Virus record (IMG/VR): IMGVR_UViG_3300028591_000070
Coordinates: 128,001-192,000 of that record
Direction: 5' to 3' (one strand)
Origin: a virus
Taxonomy: Duplodnaviria > Caudoviricetes
DNA length: 64,000 bases
Below the pieces are notes generated by a model. It did not search any database, was not told the origin of the DNA, and saw only the letters and a program-made list of their open reading frames with translations. How positions within the stretch are numbered: position 1 is the first letter of the stretch; each line of letters starts with the position of its first letter. Position numbers and translations under genes: made by a program. Shown piece after piece: positions 58,041 through 64,000 of the stretch.

Positions 58041-58789
58041 TGTATAATCTCCTTAAATACTTGGATTTCTTTATTTATAAGTTCTCTTGAAAGTCCATTT
58101 TTGATATTAACTTCTAGAGATATCGTCTTTTTATCATCGGCTTTTCTAAGTTGAGAAACAATTTCTTTATAATATTTTATCTCATTATCGGATAATTCTG
58201 AAATAGGCTGTAGTCCAAATCTACTTACATGAATATGATTAATTTGATGAATGCTTTTAGCTAGAGCTTCAATATCTTTATCACCTGATTTAATAAAGCC
58301 ACCAATATCAAAATTAATTTTAAAATTCTTTCGATCAACCATTAGTAATATGGCTAAGCATTCCTTAAAAGAAGTTCCAAAGTTTGTGCCATATTCTTCT
58401 GGATTATTTTCCAAAGCTAAAATAGCATCTTTAGGAATATTATCACAAACATTTCTGAAAAATGTTAATGCTAACATATTTTCTTTAGGAGAAGATACAT
58501 TTCTAAATTTAGGACTTCCAAAAACAAAGTTTTTACAACCAAAATCATTATAATAACTTCTTATTCTAGAAATTAAGATATCTGAATATTTTTCTACATT
58601 TTCGGAAGAAGCAAAAAAGTTATCACAGTCAATACCATTAAATAAAGACTGAGCACTAACCACATTAAGATTTTCTGGACAATATTTATCACAAACAATT
58701 TCAAAGTGGTCTATTCCATTGTCTTTAGCACAGTCAATGATTCCTTCATAATTCTCAGGACTCATCAGGAGACTAATTGCTGGTACCAT
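58037..58789 (-). CDS. TIM-barrel sugar phosphate isomerase/epimerase (xylose isomerase-like)
   Basis: 'VFGSPKFR', 'LENNPEEYG', 'NFDIG', 'HIHVS', 'ISLEV'. Confidence 0.8.
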   Translation of the reverse strand: MVPAISLLMSPENYEGIIDCAKDNGIDHFEIVCDKYCPENLNVVSAQSLFNGIDCDNFFASSENVEKYSDILISRIRSYYNDFGCKNFVFGSPKFRNVSSPKENMLALTFFRNVCDNIPKDAILALENNPEEYGTNFGTSFKECLAILLMVDRKNFKINFDIGGFIKSGDKDIEALAKSIHQINHIHVSRFGLQPISELSDNEIKYYKEIVSQLRKADDKKTISLEVNIKNGLSRELINKEIQVFKEIIQ

Positions 58790-59645
58790 TAATAAACTCC
58801 TTTATTTCTTTTAATAAGTCTTCTTTTAAATAAGAATTTATTCTACCTTCAACCAAAACATTTTTGTAATGTACTGCATTAGGAGACTTAAACAAAGACA
58901 AATTAATGCCACAATTTACAGCAATTTCCTTATTAGTAACTACATCAGAAATAATAGTTACTTCTGGAATATTATTCTCAACAAGGTCAAGAATCTCTTC
59001 TGAAATATATTTTAAGTTGAACCAATAAAAATCGCTATTCATATTTGAAAAGTTGAGACTTGTAAAACCTAAATCCTTAAAGTGTTTTTCAACTTCTTCA
59101 TTCTTTGTTTTTACCTCATAGATTTTCTTTTCAGCATTATATGAATACCAATCTTTAATAGCTGGATCTTTTTCAACTAAGCCATCAAAAACATAATCCT
59201 TAATAAATGTTGGAATTAAGTTTTTCATATCGAAGATCACATTCTTTTTAAGACCTGGACCAAAAATGCCTGGCAATCTTAAAATATGAACATTACCTAA
59301 ATTAAGGCTTTTCTTCACTGAGTTTTCAAAATCAAGGCGATTTTTACCATAAGCATCTTTTGTGAATACATCAATAGTAGAAATCAAAACTGTTTCTTTA
59401 GATGTGATTTTTGAAAGATTGTTATCCAACTTAATGATATTATTTCGATCTTCAAGAGGATTCATATTTGCAAACTGCTTATTTGCAGAAACACCTGAAA
59501 TAATCAATAGGTCAAATTTCTCCCCACTAATCTCACCTATATTTTTGGAATTATATAGCTTCATCTTTTTATATTTATCTTTAAGCTGAGCTAAAATATT
59601 AGAACCAACAAATCCAGTATAACCAATAAGTCCAACATTTTCCAT
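58773..59645 (-). CDS. NAD-dependent epimerase/dehydratase (SDR)
   Basis: 'LIGYTGFVGS', 'ISTIDV', 'YGKNR', 'RLPGIFG'. Confidence 0.85.
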   Translation of the reverse strand: MENVGLIGYTGFVGSNILAQLKDKYKKMKLYNSKNIGEISGEKFDLLIISGVSANKQFANMNPLEDRNNIIKLDNNLSKITSKETVLISTIDVFTKDAYGKNRLDFENSVKKSLNLGNVHILRLPGIFGPGLKKNVIFDMKNLIPTFIKDYVFDGLVEKDPAIKDWYSYNAEKKIYEVKTKNEEVEKHFKDLGFTSLNFSNMNSDFYWFNLKYISEEILDLVENNIPEVTIISDVVTNKEIAVNCGINLSLFKSPNAVHYKNVLVEGRINSYLKEDLLKEIKEFINGTSN

Positions 59646-60751
59646 TATTTCAAAATCCTATCTAAATCATAAATTGTATTTAATTTACCAGAGAAAACTG
59701 TGTAAAATCCAGGATGAGATGGGTAATCTAACACTAAAGTAGGTCGACCATCATCATTTTCATTTGCCTTTAATATAGGCTTTATAGTAATTAGGGACTT
59801 AACAAATTTCATCTCAATATCATCATTAAGATATTTCTTTGCTAATCCATACATTTTATCCCATGCCGTTTCAGGTTTATAAGGGCATTCACCACAAGTA
59901 TTAAAATAATTTTCTTTACATTCTTTATCGTGCTTTTGACAAGAAAGATCTGGAATCTCATTCCAAGATGTCTCATGTGGGGTGAATGTTACAGCAGTTA
60001 ATGAATGTAAACCAGATTTTCCAAATGGCATAACACTAAAGAATGGACCATCCATAACTGTAAGACCAACGTTTTTAATATTATCCGAAACTTCGCAGAG
60101 TAATACCTCACATAATTCATATTTCATTGGAACGAGTGGGAGACCCATTTTTGAAAGAATATTATTTGTGCCAGCATAAGTAGCATTTAATACCCAATAG
60201 CTTGTAAAAATCTCTCCACCTGCAGTAAGTACATAAATTCCATTAATACGAGAAATATCTGTAACTTTGTGATTATAAAGAATATCTACATTTTTACATC
60301 TTAATAAAAGTTCTTCTGCCAATTTATCTCTATCAATAGCATATTCTAAAGTATCATAAAGACCATCAACCATTCCTGGCTTAAAATATTCTGACTCATC
60401 TACTTTGTCACATTTAATGCTAAGTTTATTACAAAACTTAACAAAGTTTTCATTAGTAGTTAATGAATCTTTTGAAGATATAGCATACAACTGCTTAAAG
60501 TCTGAATAAATTGCCGACTTAAAATCATTCATAAATCTAAAAAAATAATCTCTAGATTTTGCGGCTGTTTCTTCACTTCTAGGATAGTGATATCCTGAAT
60601 GTAAGCGAGCTTGATTTATATATGAGCCTCTATTTAATGCTTGGCTCTCAGCTTCCAAAACTAAGACTTTTTTACCTTGTTCTGAAAGTTTAGATGCTGC
60701 ATAAAGACCATAGATGCCCGCACCAATAATAATATTATCATAATTTTTCAT
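59645..60751 (-). CDS. FAD-dependent oxidoreductase (DAO-like)
   Basis: 'IIGAGIYG', 'NQARLHSGYHYPRS', 'VMDGPF', 'SGK'. Confidence 0.85.
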   Translation of the reverse strand: MKNYDNIIIGAGIYGLYAASKLSEQGKKVLVLEAESQALNRGSYINQARLHSGYHYPRSEETAAKSRDYFFRFMNDFKSAIYSDFKQLYAISSKDSLTTNENFVKFCNKLSIKCDKVDESEYFKPGMVDGLYDTLEYAIDRDKLAEELLLRCKNVDILYNHKVTDISRINGIYVLTAGGEIFTSYWVLNATYAGTNNILSKMGLPLVPMKYELCEVLLCEVSDNIKNVGLTVMDGPFFSVMPFGKSGLHSLTAVTFTPHETSWNEIPDLSCQKHDKECKENYFNTCGECPYKPETAWDKMYGLAKKYLNDDIEMKFVKSLITIKPILKANENDDGRPTLVLDYPSHPGFYTVFSGKLNTIYDLDRILK

Positions 60752-60778
60752 ATAAAAATAATATTAACCTCAAACAAA

Positions 60779-60802
60779 AAAGCTCGGTGAAAACCGAGCT
60801 TA
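60779..60802 (-). terminator. Intrinsic terminator
   Basis: aagctcggt/accgagctt plus T-tract on the minus strand. Confidence 0.75.
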
Positions 60803-60805
60803 AAA

Positions 60806-61255
60806 TTATTTTAATTTTTCTAAAACTTGTGTGACCATTTCTTTTGGAGATAAAACAGATGAATCTAAATAAATTCTTTTATCCTCGTCGTAAAAAACGT
60901 CAAAAACAAATCTATAAGTTTTCAATCGACTTTCAATGTCTTCCACTGAAAGGTCTTTACCTTTTGGAGCTTCAGGATGAGTACCATCATCAATCTCATT
61001 CTGTCGTCGCTCATATAAGGTTTTTGGGTCGCCATAGCAATAAACAAATAGACATTCACTCTTGTTTAGAACTTCAGCAGACCTTAAAAAACTGGCCCAT
61101 CTGCTTGAATCATATCGATTATAAATTGAATCATAAGCAGCATAACCAGCAGGACCTCGCGGAATTATAATATACTCCCACTTAGTTGCTTTACAGATAC
61201 CACTTATAAGTGTATCTTTACCAGTTCTATCATCACCTTCAATAACTATAAACAT
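60806..61255 (-). CDS. dNMP/thymidylate-kinase-like P-loop protein
   Basis: 'IVIEGDDRTGKDT'. Confidence 0.75.
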   Translation of the reverse strand: MFIVIEGDDRTGKDTLISGICKATKWEYIIIPRGPAGYAAYDSIYNRYDSSRWASFLRSAEVLNKSECLFVYCYGDPKTLYERRQNEIDDGTHPEAPKGKDLSVEDIESRLKTYRFVFDVFYDEDKRIYLDSSVLSPKEMVTQVLEKLK

Positions 61256-62064
61256 TATATTCTTGACGCCATATTAAAGTTTTGTTTGTCTTCAACAAAC
61301 TTTTTCAAATCTTCAAAATGTCTTGAATAAAGATGCATAGAATCTGATGTCCATCTAATAACACCAACTTCCAAATCTGGATATGTTTCTTTTAAGTCTT
61401 CATACATATTCTGATAAACAAAACAATTCCAAGCCAAATCGGAACAAATAAAGCCATAACGAATATCATTGGATCTCATCTGATGAACCATATAAAGCTT
61501 ATTTTTGCGAATAAAGAAATGAGAATACATTGTGCAAATCATGTCATGCATTCCATCTTTCTTATAATCTTTATAGATTCCAGGACGATTATACACTATA
61601 ATTGCATTTCTTGTTGTCTTATCTTTTTTCAAAACTTCAAGACAATTATCATACTGTGAACCATTTTCTTCACTGAATACGCACCAACCATAATTTGAAT
61701 TAACAAGTTTCTTTTCATCTTGAGTACAACAAGACTGCCAAGTTGGATTACTCTCAATTCCTTCATGGCCAATAATTGAAAGGTCCATTGACTTATACCA
61801 ATCTAATTCAGACTTAACATACTTTTTAGGTGTTTGGAAATTTTTATCCAAATAAATATAAGGTGAATAAGGGTCTAAATCAACTCTCTTTGCAAGAAGT
61901 TCAACATATCCTTCTTGGCCGGCGGTTTGACTCGCATTCGCACCTGTAGTTACAATATCATTGTTTATAACTTTACTGTAAAGTGGGAATAAAAACTCAG
62001 ATAAAACAATTTGATCATTGTTGCGCGATTTTTCAATCGGTTCTTCTACTTTAAACTTTCTCAT
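61255..62064 (-). CDS. dCMP hydroxymethylase-like thymidylate-synthase homologue (T4 gp42-like)
   Basis: 'VNSNYGW', 'DGMHDMICT', 'MRSND', and cytosine-specifying Asp in 'SDLAW'; start likely MRKF after GTTAATAT. Confidence 0.85.
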   Translation of the reverse strand: MRKFKVEEPIEKSRNNDQIVLSEFLFPLYSKVINNDIVTTGANASQTAGQEGYVELLAKRVDLDPYSPYIYLDKNFQTPKKYVKSELDWYKSMDLSIIGHEGIESNPTWQSCCTQDEKKLVNSNYGWCVFSEENGSQYDNCLEVLKKDKTTRNAIIVYNRPGIYKDYKKDGMHDMICTMYSHFFIRKNKLYMVHQMRSNDIRYGFICSDLAWNCFVYQNMYEDLKETYPDLEVGVIRWTSDSMHLYSRHFEDLKKFVEDKQNFNMASRI

Positions 62065-62074
62065 AATTTCAATA

Positions 62075-62617
62075 TTAACTGAACAAAATGTCAACAAAAG
62101 GTTTTACTTCTTGTTCAAAAATCTCCTCTTTTCCACGGCCTTTTAATTCAATAAGTTTCTTAGTTAATGAAGACTTATTATAAGCGGCTTTAAATCTAGC
62201 AATCTCATCATTCTTTTTGTCAATATCAATAGAGAATGAAAGACCATCATCTCTTTTAATAAGATTTTCAGCTGTCTCTGTAAATACTAAAAGACCAACA
62301 TTTGTTTCTAGATTAGCAGCTTTTTCAAGCTCAAAAACATAGTCGCCATCATAGCCACGATAAATTGGAGAATAAACAGCTTCTCCTAAATGTGAGCGAT
62401 CACAAATAATTAAACAATTTCCATAATCTTTACCAACAATTTCAAACATTTGTTTATAAAGTTCTTCAGAAACTGCTCTTACATCTTTTGCGCCTTTAAT
62501 GTTAGAATAATGCATATAATGCACAGGACAATTATATTTTTCTTCTACATATTTTTTAATAAACTCAATTTGAGTTCCTTTTCCAACGTTATCACAACCT
62601 TCAATCAATAGAGTCAT
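62075..62617 (-). CDS. Thymidylate/dNMP kinase
   Basis: 'IEGCDNVGKGTQI', 'ICDRSHLGEAVY'. Confidence 0.85.
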   Translation of the reverse strand: MTLLIEGCDNVGKGTQIEFIKKYVEEKYNCPVHYMHYSNIKGAKDVRAVSEELYKQMFEIVGKDYGNCLIICDRSHLGEAVYSPIYRGYDGDYVFELEKAANLETNVGLLVFTETAENLIKRDDGLSFSIDIDKKNDEIARFKAAYNKSSLTKKLIELKGRGKEEIFEQEVKPFVDILFS

Positions 62618-63950
62618 CTTTTTCTTTCTCCTGCTTTTTCACACCAAGGGATTCTAATACCCACTTTAGAATTTTCTTATTACCTAAATCTTTTTCAATC
62701 TGTTTAATATTTACAGTACTAACACCATTTGTAAGGTCCTGTAATATATATGAGTGCTTTCCTTTAACAACTCGCCAATGAGCTTTTTCTTTATACTCTA
62801 CTATAATAGTATCTGTACCATAATCAATTAAACGATAGTCTGCATAATCTAGGTCTCTTATAGTTTTTTCAATCATATTAAAAATATTAACTTTAAAAAT
62901 AAAAAAGAGGACTAGCCAACGACCAGTCCTCTTTGGGAGGTAAACTATACACGTTTTTTAAATATATTTTTTACATATTGGCACAGTTAATGCCGAATAA
63001 ATTTCTAATATGCATAATCGCCATAGGATTTACACGAGCTGTAATAACATACTTTTGATTGCATTTATCACAGCATCTCATCTGTTCTCCATTTGGCTTG
63101 CCTTCTTCGCAGTGAATGGCATCAGGATAAATAGGCCAAGTTGAATTACCATAACCTTTAAATTCTTCACCGCAAAAGCAGCATTTCATATTACCAAACC
63201 TCGCTATTTGTTACTTCATGATCTGAATATCTTGCGTAAGGATTATTCATATATTCTTCAAGCCAGTCCCATATCATGGAATATGCACCTGCTGGAATAA
63301 ACCAGTCCTGGCCATAATCAATATAAAGACCAACTTCTTTCTGATCTCCAAGATTCTTTACTGTAGGCTTATCTTTAAGAAGATTCTCAACGTACCAGCC
63401 TGGAGTCATCTGATACCAAGGAGCACTTCCATCTTCTTTTGTCTGCTTAATTAAAAAATGAACAGTTGGCTTACAAGGTGTTCCATCACAATCTGTTTCA
63501 AAAACAGCAAAACCATATTTTGGTGTAACCATCTGAACTGATGTTGCCTTCTTAATATCCATAATATTTACCTCTTATAAAGATAATACCAAAATTACTG
63601 ATAAAGTTCAATTAAACTTTGAACTTAAGATATTCAAGGCTAAGAGTACCTGCCCATTTACCATCACTACCAAAGTAAAGAGCGCAGCTATCACCACCCC
63701 AAACAAAATACTCAGATTTCTGTTTACCTTTTTTGATTTGAGTAAAGAAATATTTCTTTGCAGATTCTTCTGTGGTAAAAACCTTAATTCCTGCAGCTTT
63801 AGTAAGCTCAATATCCTCTGGAGAAAGAGTTGCATATTGAATTCCCCAACGTGGAGAATTATAATAACAAGAGTCAAATGTTCCAGCATACCAAATCTTT
63901 TTTCTAGCGGCAGAAGATGCTTCTTCAAAAGCAGAGTCAATAATATCCAT
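62601..63950 (-). CDS. Hypothetical ORFs (62601-62876, 62971-63189 Zn-finger-like, 63191-63562, 63612-window edge)
   Basis: ORF track; CCxC...CCxxC in 62971-63189. Confidence 0.55.
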
Positions 63951-64000
63951 GTTGAGGATATTGCTGCGAACAAGACCTTCTTTCTTATAAATGAAAGAAA

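Larger units (their letters stand above)
2463..62891. promoter_or_regulatory. Recurrent promoter-like motifs GTTAATAT, GTATATTCTA and ACTAATT(A)
   Basis: GTTAATAT at e.g. 2463, 5436, 36139, 41296, 42238, 53219, 55474, 60761, 62072, 62884; GTATATTCTA near 7687, 36885, 43290, 48667, 55725; ACTAATT near 8169, 10674, 11026, 29141, 37915, 40112; all intergenic and gene-oriented. Confidence 0.7.

Overview
This is an AT-rich 64-kb segment of a large, jumbo/T4-like tailed phage. The EF-Ts sequence weakly suggests a Treponema-like host. From left to right it carries: the end of a tail-tube-like gene, small accessory ORFs, a MoxR-like ATPase, two GT32-like glycosyltransferases, a 4431-aa baseplate/tail protein, EF-Ts, RtcB with an HNH insertion, a ~30-kb RNA-gene-rich region (over 40 tRNA/tRNA-like genes, tmRNA, Ro60/TROVE with about 12 YrlA-like Y RNAs, and a GOLLD-like large RNA), and a hydroxymethylcytosine-glycosylation cluster with an extra three-enzyme sugar module. 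The main discovery is that each of the three large minus-strand tRNA operons is preceded by a short unannotated leader ORF (35961-36068, 41091-41228, 55301-55402). Each leader's codons match, down to isoacceptor family, the tRNAs of the operon that follows. Each leader's stop-codon region can pair with the 5' arm of an intrinsic terminator just before the first tRNA. This is the geometry of ribosome-stalling transcription attenuation, here apparently sensing tRNA shortage, and the three operons together cover all 20 amino acids. All calls were read by eye from the sequence. No database searches were run, so RNA boundaries may be off by a few nt.
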